Counted from the first letter of the whole stretch, positions 12,449-25,479 are shown. The stretch: 63,847 nucleotides of DNA, filler included, from Reticulomyxa filosa (GCA_000512085.1; 17 parts of 17 records of this genome joined end to end with filler, not necessarily neighbours in it), one strand, 5' to 3'. A program made the numbers and translations. The notes: generated by a model from the letters alone, not told the origin.

Positions 12449-12723
12449 CAGTAGATTGCAGAAAAAACTGCAATACCTAAATGGCATTATATGAAGAGAA
12501 TCGATTTTCTCCATGAAAAATAAAGATTTAAACATAATTTTTTAAAAAAATATCTACTAATCTTGTAGTTTTTAAATATGAAATTGGTTTTATGATAAGT
12601 TTTTCCTAGGTTGATCAAAAATATGATTTTTTTAAATGGTTTTTAAAAATTTCGAAGGTGTTCATATAAATTGAACCTTTATTGAAAATAAGAAATTTTA
12701 AAATCTTTTTGTTTTCATTTTAG
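12449..12723 (+). mobile_element. Diverged copy of a Tc1/mariner-type MITE (runs into contig end)
   Basis: TA|CAGTAGATTGCAGAAAAAACTGCAATACCTAAATGGCA, followed by GATTTTCTCCATGA, which is shared with the subterminal region of the 24088-24258 element. The contig ends in CATTTTAG, matching the inner edge of the opposite TIR. Confidence 0.5.
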
Positions 12724-12901
12724 NNNNNNNNNNNNNNNNNNNNNNNNNNNNNNNNNNNNNNNNNNNNTTAATTAATTAANNNNNNNNNNNNNNNNNNNNN
12801 NNNNNNNNNNNNNNNNNNNNNNNTTTTTTTTTTTTTTTTGGTTCCCTTTTTTTTTTTTTTTTTTAATTGATAAAACAAAAAAAAAAAAAGGAAAAGAGTT
12901 C

Positions 12902-14428
12902 ATGTTGGAGGAAGTGTACCAAATGAAATTATTAACAAATCACTTGCGCAATTATGGTCGATTGCAGATCGCATTGTGGACATTCAACTTATTGGTGTTG
13001 TTGAACATAATAACGATAAGGAGACACATGCCCCACGACAACAGCACGTATAATAATACCAACTACGACGGGACGCTACCTCCACTTGTACATATCCAAT
13101 CGTACATAATGGTTTTGTTGCTTTTGGAAGTAATTGCATCGTTTTTCATTCTCTTGCAAATCTGCGTTTCGCATATACTGTCACGTGGCCGACAAACATG
13201 CAAGTTGTATTATCGTCGCATGATCGTCGTTTATGGCTTGTTTTGGTTACATGTGTTGGGCGTCAACTACGTTGCTGCCAAAACGTATCGCTTGTTCGGC
13301 AGATTCATCGCAAACATTTTTTACGTTTTGTCTTTCCGCGTTTTTCCGTTCCGCTTTTTCGAAATAACAATTTCCTCCATTGTTTTGGCCGTATTAGTCA
13401 ATCATGATCTTATCGCTTTCAATTCCAGTTATATATATATATGTGTGTAATTTATTTATTTGTTTTCATTTGCTTGTTTGTGCTCGTGTTTCTATTGCAT
13501 GGATATATAGTGGACATTCCCATGTTTGCCATTGACGCCTTGGTACTATTAACCAGTATGATGATTGCATACAAGCATGAAAAAGAAAGTCGAAGAAATA
13601 CTGTGTACGAGGCGGCAATTGAAAATCGAGAAAGGAGAGAGAACAGTCCACATCGATGCTGTTGCCATTGTTTGTTGCTCAACAACTGTTGCGCAAATCC
13701 ATGTCCGAGCGAAACAGACGTTTGCTAAAACAACAATTCCGATCTGCCACTGTCTTCCAGTCTGATCTCATGGGCTTTACTCAACTGTCCTCCACATTAG
13801 ATCCCTCCTTTATTGTGTCCTTGTTACATCATTTATATGCAAAATATGATCAGTTTGCTACTCAGTTCAATGTTGAAAAGATTGAAACTATTGGGTTAGT
13901 TGCTTTTTTTTTTTTTTTAGTTTTTTTATACGTACATTCATACGTTCATATATATATATATATATATAAAGGGATGCATACATTTGTGTATCATTTGGGG
14001 GACATCCCGAACATATAATCGAATTTGCTTTGAATGTGGTAAACATGCACATCCAATTGAAAGATTACCGAATTCCGAACATTTTTCAACATGAAAGTGT
14101 ATCGAATCCGATTAATATCAATATTCGGATTGGCATTGCACATGGACATGTGTTAGGCTGTATTCTAGGTCGTTCTTGTTTGAGATTTCATATCTTTGGA
14201 AATGCTTTGGACCGTGCAATTCAATTGGAAGGGAAATGTCTTCCAAATTCCATTTTAGGTATTTATACACATATATTCATTAATTATCATACGCTTTTTT
14301 ATCACTTTACGTTTGGTTTGGCTCCAACAGCTTGTCCACAAACTAAAGCAAAATGTGAAGATGTCCTTGTCAATTTCATAAAACATGACACCTTGGATGC
14401 CTATTGGGTCAGTCGCAAGGAATCATAG
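12902..14428 (+). CDS. Membrane-bound class III nucleotidyl (guanylate/adenylate) cyclase, 3' part, multi-exon
   Basis: Several hydrophobic helices, then ATVFQSDLMGFTQLSSTLDP...VEKIETIG|DAYICVS (intron ~13896-13971)...IRIGIAHGHVLGCILGRSCLRFHIFGNALDRAIQLEG. Confidence 0.88.
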
Positions 14429-14929
14429 AATAGAAACATTGTCCTGAATTAAAATAATAGTATTAACAAAATGTTAATTCAAAATTATTTTTTGTTTCTA
14501 CTTAAGAGTTGTATTTTTAAAAAATAGTTCATTGTAAAGCTTAATGTTTTAATTGCTTTTTTTTTGCCAATGAAAACAAATCCTCATTTTTTCGATTTCA
14601 AATTACTAAAGATAAATAAATGAAATTTCAATATACTTTGCCCAATTCACTAAAACAAGCTGTTGCAATATTAATTGAAGATAATAATTTTATACATATG
14701 TAGGACAAGCCCTTATCACGCATGGCTGAACGCTTATGGAACTGAGGAGCTCCCTTTGGATTAAACCTCCTCAACAAACTACCTCTTACTTACTTGCTTT
14801 CTTTTGTCCTTTGATTTATTCTTTAATTTACTTTTGTTTACTGAAAGTCACTCTCATTTCGAGTAACACTCTTTCGTATTACATTTAGTGAAGCTCTTCA
14901 CCGTAGACTCCCCACACATATCATTGGAG

Positions 14930-15529
14930 GAATTGATAATACACGATGGTGTATCAACACATATGAAAACGAATGTAAATCAATGGATGAAAAAAAAAAG
15001 AATTGGAAAGGCAATGGACCATATTTGAGAAAAAGATATTGAAACGACAATTAAACATTGGTGTTGTCCATCACCTATAATACTGGATGGACTCATGATT
15101 TAACAAAATAATATTGTATCATCTGCTGTTAATTGTATTAGTATATGGGATACAAAATTAGATGAAGCAATTAAAAATTTTATTCAAATTCAGAATTTAT
15201 ACAAAATGCACATTTTTCATCAGATGGTAATATGGTTATTTGTTGTTCAGGCGATTTTTTAATTGAATTATGGGATTGGAAATTAGGAAAAAAGATTTAA
15301 AAATTAAATGGATATACAAATACTTTAAAAATTGCTACATTTTCACCACAAGGACATACTATTGTACCAACATCAATAGATCATACAATTCGATTATGGG
15401 ATGAAAAGTTAGGAATTGAATTACAAAATTTGGAAGGACATAGTTTTGCTGTTACTGGAATAATATTTAACAAGATGGTAATACAATTGTATCTTCTTCA
15501 AATGATATTCGATTATGAGGTGCTTTGTA
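14930..15529 (+). pseudogene. Degraded WD40-repeat gene
   Basis: Fragments FSSDGNMVICCSGDFLIELWD, FSPQGHTIVPTSIDHTIRLWD and LEGHSFAVTGI..., interrupted by stops and frameshifts. Confidence 0.75.
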
Positions 15530-15674
15530 AAACAAAATATATATGTAATATTATTAATAATAAAAATAAACATTTTTTAAAACATTATTAAATAAATAAT
15601 ATATTTGATAACAAGGTTATTTGGATATATTAGAAAGGGTTTTTCACAGTCTTTTTCAAAAAAAGACTTCTAAT

Positions 15675-15778
15675 ATGGGTAATCAAAATAAAACTCACTT
15701 TCAAAGTTTGAAAGATTTACCCTTACCATTTTATCTTCCTCAATGTATATCACATCAACATGAACTCCTCATTTGTGG
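15675..15778 (+). CDS. Kelch-like beta-propeller family protein, N-terminus (truncated)
   Basis: MGNQNKTHFQSLKDLPLPFYLPQCISHQHELLICG fits the Kelch-type LPxP...CVxxxxxLLIxGG pattern; probably the same family as 61202-62161. Confidence 0.6.
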
Positions 15779-15878
15779 NNNNNNNNNNNNNNNNNNNNNN
15801 NNNNNNNNNNNNNNNNNNNNNNTTAATTAATTAANNNNNNNNNNNNNNNNNNNNNNNNNNNNNNNNNNNNNNNNNNNN

Positions 15879-17296
15879 AATAATAATAATAATAATAATA
15901 ACAATCCAACGATGATGTTTGCACATCGAAATTCGAATGAATATGGTGCATACAAAAGATATAAATATGCACAATACGCTAATACAAATAATAACAATAC
16001 CAATAATAATAATAATAATAACAATAATAATAATAACAATAATAATAATAATAATCCTCCAATTCCAGAAACCCCTTTGACAACATGGATTCGACCACAA
16101 TCGCGTGATTCGCAAATCCAAGTGTTGAATCTGCACCAGCACGCATTTGGTGGAGCGAATATAATTCCAGAAGGGAGCCGCGACGAGATGACGGAGATGG
16201 GCAGCCTCGATTTGACAAGCAATAATCAGTACATGGACTCGCACATGGTGCAAACGCCAGTGACACAGATGATCGACGTGCTGGGCCGTCCCCGCAAGGA
16301 CAGCCGTCCGTACGCGTTCATGCAGACCCAACCGGGGCATATTGCGACGAGCAACGGTATGGAAAGCGACACGGAGTGGCAGCGCAAGCCCATGTACAAG
16401 GGCGTTCAGCACGTGTTGGAAGAAGACTTTGACGACGACGACGACGGTCATCATAACTTTGAAAGGGTTGAAAAGCAGGTCAACCGTACCAAGCGGTCGA
16501 GCAAGAGAGTATCCTTTCGCGATCAACAAGGCGGACAATTGGTTGACCAAAATGGACTACATCATCACGACGACGTCACGACGCCTGCAGAGACGGAGCC
16601 AATGGGAGTTGGGATCACTGCCGCTACGACAACTAGTGGAGGAGGAGAAAGAGAAGGACAGACAGCGGCAACAACAACAACAACGACAGCGACAACGAAA
16701 AAAACAGGTCCAAACCTTCGTTAATTCCAATGGAAGAAGCCGAGCGTGCCAAATCAGTTGGCAATGAGAAAATCATCGAGTTCAATGCGAAGACTCACAA
16801 GCTCTCGCATGAATTTGTCAATCCGGATCAAGAACAGATTTTTGTCAACTATGTCCATGTCATCTTCGGTGATGGCATTCGCTCGAGTATTCTTGTATTG
16901 GTTAAGTCTAGCATTTTGTTACTTTAGCTTTGTTATGTTGTATCTCGATTTTTTCATTTTTAATTTTTTTTTTTTTTTTTCTCGCTACCCCCCTTTCCCC
17001 ATTTTTTTTTTTTTTTGATGTGTGTGTACATAAATTGTTACACAATGTACACATACACATAATCTCCATTGTGGGACATTAGATTTTGTATCACATCATA
17101 TCCTGTGTCACCAATCTCAACTTCATTCGCCATCGCAGTGAACTAGTGCCCAGCGTCGTCGCTCTATCACTCGAAATCCTTTGCTTTGTTGTCACAATCA
17201 AACTTATTGAAAATCGAATTGTCACTTGTATTTTTTTTTTTTTCCCCCCTCGTTTGTTGACTCATTTTTGTCATAATGTAATGTGGTTATGCTATG
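15879..17296 (+). CDS. Hypothetical protein fragment: poly-Asn/Thr low-complexity region followed by TM helices
   Basis: GC-richer coding-like ORF 15912-16724 joins ORF 16730-16927 if one A is added to the run at ~16698-16704. Hydrophobic segments follow (IRSSILVL; VPSVVALSLEILCFVVTIKL). Confidence 0.55.
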
Positions 17297-17396
17297 NNNN
17301 NNNNNNNNNNNNNNNNNNNNNNNNNNNNNNNNNNNNNNNNTTAATTAATTAANNNNNNNNNNNNNNNNNNNNNNNNNNNNNNNNNNNNNNNNNNNN

Positions 17397-17582
17397 ACAA
17401 CCACAACCACGACTTCAATTACAACCGATGTTGTGTTTACCTCTTCCACCACAGGAACAGAGTTAGAAAGTATTTCGTCGAACATTACTTCTTCAGACAC
17501 TTTATTGATACTTTCACTATTATGTACAGGAATTATTATTCTTTTGTTGTTTCGACCAGTTTTGACCAGCAGCAAAAGATAG
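17397..17582 (+). CDS. C-terminus of a membrane-anchored protein with a Thr/Ser-rich stalk (absent from the ORF track)
   Basis: The frame from 17397 reads TTTTTTSITTDVVFTSSTTGTELESISSNITSSDTLLILSLLCTGIIILLLFRPVLTSSKR*, i.e. mucin-like stalk, TM helix and short basic tail. Confidence 0.65.
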   Translation, partial: TTTTTTSITTDVVFTSSTTGTELESISSNITSSDTLLILSLLCTGIIILLLFRPVLTSSKR

Positions 17583-17879
17583 TAAAAAAAAAAAAAAATT
17601 GTGAAAATTTTGTGACGATAAGCTTTCTTAATTAATTAATTAATTATACGCAAAACCCCGTTAATTAGCCTTTGTGTCATTTTGAATCGAAGATAAAACT
17701 TATTATCGACAAAAAAACCTAATACAACACACATTTGTTATTTAACATTTGTTTCTTAATTATCACTACTATTTATTTATTCAATTTTTTTTTGACGTTT
17801 TGTTTTCAAACAATGTATTGATGGTGCCACCATCTGACCGTCGAAAGCAAAAAAGTAAAACATTGAAGGGACAGGGTAA

Positions 17880-19689
17880 TCACGGATGTTCGCTGAAAGA
17901 AATTTCTGTTTGGCTCTGGGTGAAAGTTTGTGAGACTTGGGCAATGCTTTGTGTTTCACTCTCTTCAGGCAATGGAACACTTTTATGCACGTGCTTGGCG
18001 TCATATTCAAGGAGAACTCTTCGCAAGGGACCAAATGCAATGGGAAAGCCACAACAAGTCAGTAGTACAGCAGCCAAATAAGGTGCTGTTTTGAGCCATC
18101 CGTAATTTTCAAATGCCTTGTATAGCGCACCCAATGAATACGGTGCGACGCAATAAGTGAGCCCTTGCACGGCGTGCAACACGCCAAAGCCCACGCCTTG
18201 CGTATTCGGGTCTAGTCTTCGTGACATTGCTCCGGAAGTAATTGGAACAGCAATAAAAGACAGGCCAAAGGCAAATCTCACCAAATACCTTTTATTTTAT
18301 TTTATTTACTTTCAAAAAAAAAAAGGTGGGAACATGGCGGTCAAATAAGGGTACGTTTTGAACCAAAAAAAAAAAAGAACCACAATTTCTTAAAAATTTA
18401 CATAAAAAATCGTATATACGTATTGTGTAAAATACCATACCCCATCCATTTGTAAGGCAAAAAATAGAGGAATACTCCAGAAAATCCAGAAATCAACATG
18501 ACAACAAGCAGAATGAAAATGAGGGTAAGGTCATGCAAACGAAGCTTGATAGTCAGAATGGGCATAACTATCAATTGACTTCCAAGCAACGCCAAACCTA
18601 AGAACACAGTTCCAATGGCATTGAACTGCGTTTGCTCATCGGTACTGCAGAGGTGCAGCAGGTCATTGGTATAATTGGCAAGGATGTCACTAATTCCACT
18701 CTCTGGCAATCCCACCACAATGCTAAGCATGGAAATCCAAAAAATGATTGGATTTTCACGTATACGTAGCAAAGGTAGCAATGGCTTTTTCAATTGATGG
18801 AGAAAGCTGGCCCAACAGCTATACCATTTGTTCCGTATCTTGCTTATTACTGTGTCTGTAGTGTTGGGTAAGATATACCCTTGCAATGACAGCTCGTCTT
18901 CCTTGGCGTACTTGGCTTTGTTTTCCAAGCGCATTTGCACGGATAGGGTCTCTTCGTACACAAATATTAACCATAAAAATGACACAAAAAAGATGATATC
19001 ATACGCAATAAACACTCCACGAATATGGAATATTGGTTGGATCACTGCTGTCAATATTGATGCAATGATCACCACAACTCCTGCAATTCCATACAATACT
19101 GCATACACAAATGTACGATAGTCTTCGGGGATCACATCAGCAAATGATGCTTGCAACACTGTTGGCATGCCATTAAACGTACCGCTTATTTCACCCACCG
19201 GAATCATTATCAAAAACCACCAAACGTTTTTCGTAAATGTCATTGGAAAGCTGCTCATAAATATACAAAACCACGAAATTATTAACATGTTCTTACGTCC
19301 ATAAATGTCAGACAATTTTCCTTTGATCAAATTATTATTATTATTATTTTTTTTTTTGGAATAATAACTGACCATTAGTTGTACAAAATACACAATATAT
19401 ATATTCTTTAACCAATGTAGCCTTGCATAAAAAATCCCACTAATCCGCCTAAAGAATTAAACACTCCCGACCAATACGAATATGTAGCATTGCCAGAAGT
19501 GTCACAAGACCCATCATCATTATTTTTGCCAAAGTACTTGTCACCTAACACAGGCGACACAATGTCCACAAATTGATAACCAAACGCTATAAACAACCCT
19601 GTTACTGTTGTCTTCCATAAAGGCCAAGAAGATAAGACTTTTTTCGCTGTCAGAGTATCTGCTTTTGCATGGATGAAAGGAGATTCCAT
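17880..19689 (-). CDS. MFS transporter, TetA/HIAT1 (MFSD14)-like, 3 exons
   Basis: MFS motif A GKLSDIYGRK, QASFADVIPEDYR, C-terminal PNTQGVGFGVLHAVQGLTYCVAPYSLGALY, and many TM helices across ORFs 19408-19689, 18398-19393 and 17880-18284. Confidence 0.88.
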
Positions 19690-20676
19690 CTTTGATATTG
19701 CCAGTTGAACACTTAAATTTTGAAAACTGGTAGCGAAGTGTTTTCCCTGTTACAAACAAAGGTTGAAAATACGGCACATCTATTGATTTATATGGGTCAG
19801 TAAAAGTTACGAGAGATCATATTATACACTTTGAAACCACAAAGTTTAAAATTAGTTTAAGGAATGACAGTTTTGCTTTATTTTTGTTCTGCAATTTCAA
19901 TTTTTTTAAATTCGTCGCTGGATACTTCCAAGAGCTTTCTTAAATAACAAATATGTGTTGTTATACATATCTATTTTTTTTGTTATTGGTGTAACAGTAT
20001 TTTCATTCAATTCAAAAGTAATTAAAAATTTCATTGTCTAAGTAATTCTAAATTATATTATTAGTATTGTAGAAATACATTTGAATTAAATTTAATAATG
20101 TAGTAATTTCCATTTGATGATCTAATAAAAATTGAAAAAATTTCTCAAATTGTTGCTAAATTGTACAGTTCAAGTGAATCTTGAAAATCCTTTTTTTAAA
20201 ATTTCTTTAATCAATCTTCTTTTTTTAAAAAATGTAGAACAAAATCGATTCTACAAATTATGATAAAATTGAAACTCTTTTTAAGGAAAATCATTTTATA
20301 GATATACAACAGTTAAAAAAAGTTTTATGCCAAGTCGGAGTTACTTTCAGTGATCTTATGATGTTTATAGAAGAAGACATCGATCGTATTTATATAGCTG
20401 AAAACATTGACTGGAAAATCAATAATGTAATAATTTTGACATTGAGAAACATTCTGTGATCAAACTCGTGACATGTGGTATTATTGTCAGCTATCTGTAT
20501 CGAGTCGACTATCGCGTGAGTAAAAAAAAATAAATAAAAACCAAAAAATTTATTTAATGTTCAAATTTTTTATGTTTATTTTGTTTGTTTTTACATTTTT
20601 ATATGATATTTACATCGCAGATAAATGTAATGTACAAATAAACTTGCAAAATGATAACTAATTTAATTGGACAATA

Positions 20677-20722
20677 CAGTAAGATAAAAAAGAAAGTTAG
20701 ACACCTAAAATGACCACCTTAT
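20677..20722 (+). mobile_element. Terminal inverted repeat of the MITE family, at contig end
   Basis: TA|CAGTAAGATAAAAAAGAAAGTTAGACACCTAAAATGAC is nearly identical to the reverse complement of 60835-60872. Confidence 0.7.
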
Positions 20723-20822
20723 NNNNNNNNNNNNNNNNNNNNNNNNNNNNNNNNNNNNNNNNNNNNTTAATTAATTAANNNNNNNNNNNNNNNNNNNNNN
20801 NNNNNNNNNNNNNNNNNNNNNN

Positions 20823-22521
20823 ATTTTTGGCAAGATTTGCACATTGTGTGTCATTCACAATATTAAGATTATCTTATGAATTTATGCAATCATATTGGGA
20901 TAAGCAACTATCACTTTTGCAAAATATGTTTGGATTCAATAAAGAAACTGCACAAAGATATTTTCAGACAACATCCCAAGAACAATTTAAATTATCATTG
21001 ATGCGATTATATGAAAAAGGAAAGCGTTTTATTAATTCAAAATTAAAAAAAGAAATTATTCAAGAAAATACATCTTTTGATTCAATTTATGAAACAATTG
21101 AAGAGAATAAAGAAGAAAATAAAATAAATGGAAACAAAGATAAATTAATTGAATCATGTTTACGAAGTATGTGGAGTTGTGTATTATCAAGACCTTCGTT
21201 TGAACCTTACCCTTTAATTTTCACTTCCAATCCTCAACTAAATGACGAAATTCAATCCAAAAATATTAACATTAAAAAAGAGAGATCAGGAAAAGATAAA
21301 GATTGTGAGCAGATTGGTTATATTACTTGGCCAACTTTAATTCGATGTGACACCAATGAAGTATTAAGTACTCCTATGTCTGTTTGTTGCGCAAGGCTAG
21401 ATCATATACCTACGGTGACTGAAGCCAGCAACAATAAAGGAGGAGATGGCAAGAAAGAAAAGGATAACCGGAAAGAAGTGGATAATTGTGGGACAAATAG
21501 TTCAGGAGCTAATAACTCTGAAGGTCGCATGAATGAAGTGAACAATTTTGGCTCTAACACGCTTGAACAAACGCACAACCAAAATGGGGGCAGCACACTT
21601 TCTTCAGTGGCTCCAGATGTGTCGAGGGATCGAGCACTCCTCAGCGATGCAGTAATAGCTAACAATATTTAAAAAATTACATCTGTGAATAAATATAACT
21701 ATATATTTATTTATTGAAGTATTAAAGTATGGCTTCATTGTAAATAAATAGATGAGTGAAGATGGGGTGGCGCTGTCAAATGGAAATGCTCACGAATCTG
21801 AGGAAAAGAAAGACACAAAAATTGATGAAACACAACAAACTGAAACATCAGCTTTATTGGATGATTGGATTAAAGAGTATGAGCAAATGCAAGATAAAAA
21901 ACACTCAGTTTTGTTTCTTTTTAATAAGATTGATTGCTATGATCTTTTTTTTTTGTTATTTTTTGGGACAGTCACTTGATCAAGTTCAGAGGGTTTTGCA
22001 GCAGTGCAAACGTGAGTGGAAAGACATCACTGAGTGGTCGAACCGTGTGGTATTTTGTATTGCACATTGCGCCTTTCAAATTGCGTTTGGTAAAGTCATC
22101 GATAAGAAAGTTGTCGATGAAAAGAATGTATCAAAATGTATTGTCAACTTGTTGTTGGAAAAAAACATAATTGTTGTACCAGAACTACAAGAAGAGTCCA
22201 AGTTTTGTAAAGAAACAAAATTTTTTCTATTTTGACAAGAGTATTTATTATTACTAAAAACAACGCAGCGCTCTTCAAGAGATAACCTCTTATGGCTGTA
22301 CTCTGTACAATTTATTCCAAAGAGGATTGCAAATCGAACCAAAGTTAGTGTTACGCCACAGAAGATTTTGTCCCATCGATGAAGATGATGTGGGGACAAT
22401 GGTTGAAAAAAAAGGAGAACCTGAAAAAAATATAGCTTATTTTATTTGGTGTGGTGTTGGTGTGTCATCCAATGATACTGTTATACCCTTGTCCAAATCC
22501 ATTGTTTACTGTTCTAGTTAG
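20823..22521 (+). CDS. Hypothetical multi-exon protein with two related domains (possibly MIEAP-C-like)
   Basis: Two segments share FxxAHCxxF, a W...P motif and IxYxxW...xxVxC (IGYITWPTLIRCDTNEVLSTPMSVCC; IAYFIWCGVGVSSNDTVIPLSKSIVYC). Confidence 0.5.
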
Positions 22522-23017
22522 AATTTTAATTTTTATTTATTTTATGTTTCCAACTCTTCTTTGAGTGAAGGAGTAAACATTAATTAATTGAAATATCTTT
22601 TTCCTGCTACAATTCAATGGCCATGTCCTTCTATGTTAACACTTAAACAAACTTTGCACTGCCATAGAGGCCTTAATCATCCAGCATTTTTTTTTAAACT
22701 CTGCGTCCATTTCCATTTGTTTTGTTCAGTTACCTCCACGATGTTAAAAACAAAAAAATCATTTGAAAAAACCGATGTAAAGTCATATGATTAGACATTG
22801 ACACTTACAAAAATCATTTTATTACTGATACATACAGATGTCCCACAATACTCATTTAAAGTATGTAATAAAAATAAAAAATATGCTCCTTCAGACTGTG
22901 GAAGAAGAAAGCATTGGNNNNNNNNNNNNNNNNNNNNNNNNNNNNNNNNNNNNNNNNNNNNTTAATTAATTAANNNNNNNNNNNNNNNNNNNNNNNNNNN
23001 NNNNNNNNNNNNNNNNN

Positions 23018-23704
23018 AAACAATACAGATGGGAAAATCGACAAGAATATGCGAAATTGCTTGAAGAGTATCATTTGAATGAGTTCAACTCCCAAATCGA
23101 TGCAATTCGACAAGGGCTGGCCACCGTTGTTCCTATTGCATTTCTGCCATTATTTTCATGGCGGGAATTGGAATTAATGGTTTGTAGCGAACATGACATT
23201 GACTTGGAGTTGCTGAAAGACAACACTACGTACAAGTCTGGTGTTAGTGCTTCCGATAGGCATGTTCAATATTTCTGGAGCATTTTGCAGGAATTTTCCA
23301 CACAACAACGCCATGATTTTTTACGGTTTGTCTGGGGACAAAGTCGACTTCCTGCTCGTGGTAAGGACTTTCTTCAGAAATTCGAGATCCAAACCGCAAT
23401 TAGGGATGGTGATAATGCTTTACCCGTCAGCCGTTATGTCCCTCTTTTTTCTCCATCTGTAACATCTTTTTACATCACAATAAATGTAAATTAAACCTAT
23501 TTTCAGCTCTCGATTTTTGATAAATCAATTACTACAACAACTATTTAAAAAAAATTTGTTATAGACACATGCTTCTTTTCTCTCGAGTTACCAAGATATT
23601 CATCCAAAGAAATCATGAAAAAAAAACTATTGTATGCGATATCGAATTGCCATGCAATTGACGCAGATTTCTTGGAACGAAATGTTAATTGGGAAGAAAA
23701 TTAA
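23018..23704 (+). CDS. HECT E3 ubiquitin ligase (HERC1/2-like), C-terminal part
   Basis: [11 protein letters not shown]...[12 protein letters not shown]...FWSILQEFS...[12 protein letters not shown]...LPVS|[36 protein letters not shown]. The catalytic Cys (HTCF) is restored by intron 23433-23564. Confidence 0.95.
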
Positions 23705-24087
23705 GGCGATAAGGGCTTATGCATTAGCAACTATGTTGGTATAGGTTTGTCTAATTGTACCTTAAACATTTTTGTTCATTTTGAGGTTGAAGTATTTTGG
23801 TTCGTTTCTTTTTGTCGATGTTTTTGTTCCTAAATACGAAGAAGTTCGTCTTTTAACAAAATTCTTTTGCGTTTATCGAGTGACTAGTTTAGTTTGTTTT
23901 TCTTTCAAATTTTAAAAAAACAAGAAATTCTCCACGTCAGCACTTAAACAACGCGTAGCATTAGTCATTCAAAAAAGCTTGAATTTTGCGTGACTAGTTG
24001 AGTCAAGTGAAAGAGTGAGATATCATTTGCAAATGCAATCCCATGTTTAGAAAATTACTTTTTATTTTATAGATAGCTAAGTTTTTA

Positions 24088-24258
24088 CAGTAGCATAAAA
24101 AGAATTAGCAAATTTGATGAATATGAGAAAAATACAACTCTTTTCAAAATTTCAATGAAAAATTCAAATTTTCGAAAAAAATTGATTACGTGTTGTCCTC
24201 ATGGAGAAAATCAATTATCTTTATGTTTTTTATGTCAGCTCTCTTTTTTATGCTACTG
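24088..24258. mobile_element. Tc1/mariner-type MITE, 171 bp, with TA target-site duplication
   Basis: TA|CAGTAGCATAAAAA...TTTTTATGCTACTG|TA: 14-bp perfect TIRs beginning CAGT, flanked by TA on both sides, with a non-coding interior. Confidence 0.8.
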
Positions 24259-25479
24259 TATGTCCTATTTACTCGCACTTCAAGACTGATCACGCCAAAA
24301 TTATATTAACTAAGTAGAAGGCCAAAGTGTAAGTTCTGCTGCCTTTGCAACTGTTACAAACGCGACTTATAAGCTTAGACAGTTCTTTATTGTAAGTCGG
24401 TCATATCAATTTCATATAAAAAACTCATCAAAATTTGACATAAGCACCATAATAATTAGAAGAAAAATTGAACTATGAAATTATCGATATTCTGTGTGAA
24501 AATCAACATTTTTAGAAAATTTTATAAAATATCTGCAAATCTTCAAACGTTTAAATGTATTTTTTTCTACAATTATGAGTATTTTGTTATCTTCCACATC
24601 ACCATAATTTTACTTTATTAATTTCTTAGTTTTATTTATTAGAATTTTTAAGATGTTAATTTTTTCATGCTATTAGACTGTATGAACTCGGCTTTATTCA
24701 AAATTTACAAAATCACCAAAAAACACACATTTTTGAAACAATTAGAAAAGATGAAATAAAAGAAAACATATTTAAAAGCTATACAATTTGCAGATTTTTT
24801 AGAAAATGTTGTTTCTTCATTGAGAACATCAGTAACTCTAAGTTGTCATTTTAAATCAATCTTTTTGCATTACACTATATTTCTGCTGTTATATACCATA
24901 AACATTGTTTAACAATAGATGTAACTGTTAATTGTTTGCAATCATGACAACTAAACGAAGTCTTGCCTGGGATAAGTGTCTTATTAATACATCAGCTTTA
25001 TATATGTCTGTAAAATTGTTTTAGAAAATTTACGATAAATCCAACAAAAACAAATGTTCAAAAAAATTGAAAAAATGTCTATTAAAAAAAATGGTACACT
25101 CAAAATAGTACAAATTTTACTAATTTAACAGCAAAAAAACTTGCAAGATATGAAGCTATTTAAAAATTGTAGTTTAAATGAATTAAACTAGTTACCTGAA
25201 TGACAAAAACGCAAATTTATAAAACCAATTTACATTGCAAATGTGCAACAGACTGCATTTAGAAAAAAATGCTATGCTAAAATTAAATTGAAAGAGAATA
25301 TTCTCACTTTCAAATAAATGAAATATAAACTCTGAAAAAATAAATAACTTGATTCCTCCTTTGTCTGTATGCAATTTGGCATATATTATGCAGATTTTGT
25401 AGAGGACCATAATAAAAAATATTGACCGCTCTTTTTTTTTCTTTGCTTTTCCATCCTTGTGTATGACTGTCCCTGTGCG

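Noticed and set aside
17628-17646. Natural TTAATTAATTAATTAATTA resembling the linker
   Set aside because: It has no flanking Ns and is a simple (TTAA)n microsatellite in a 3' intergenic region.
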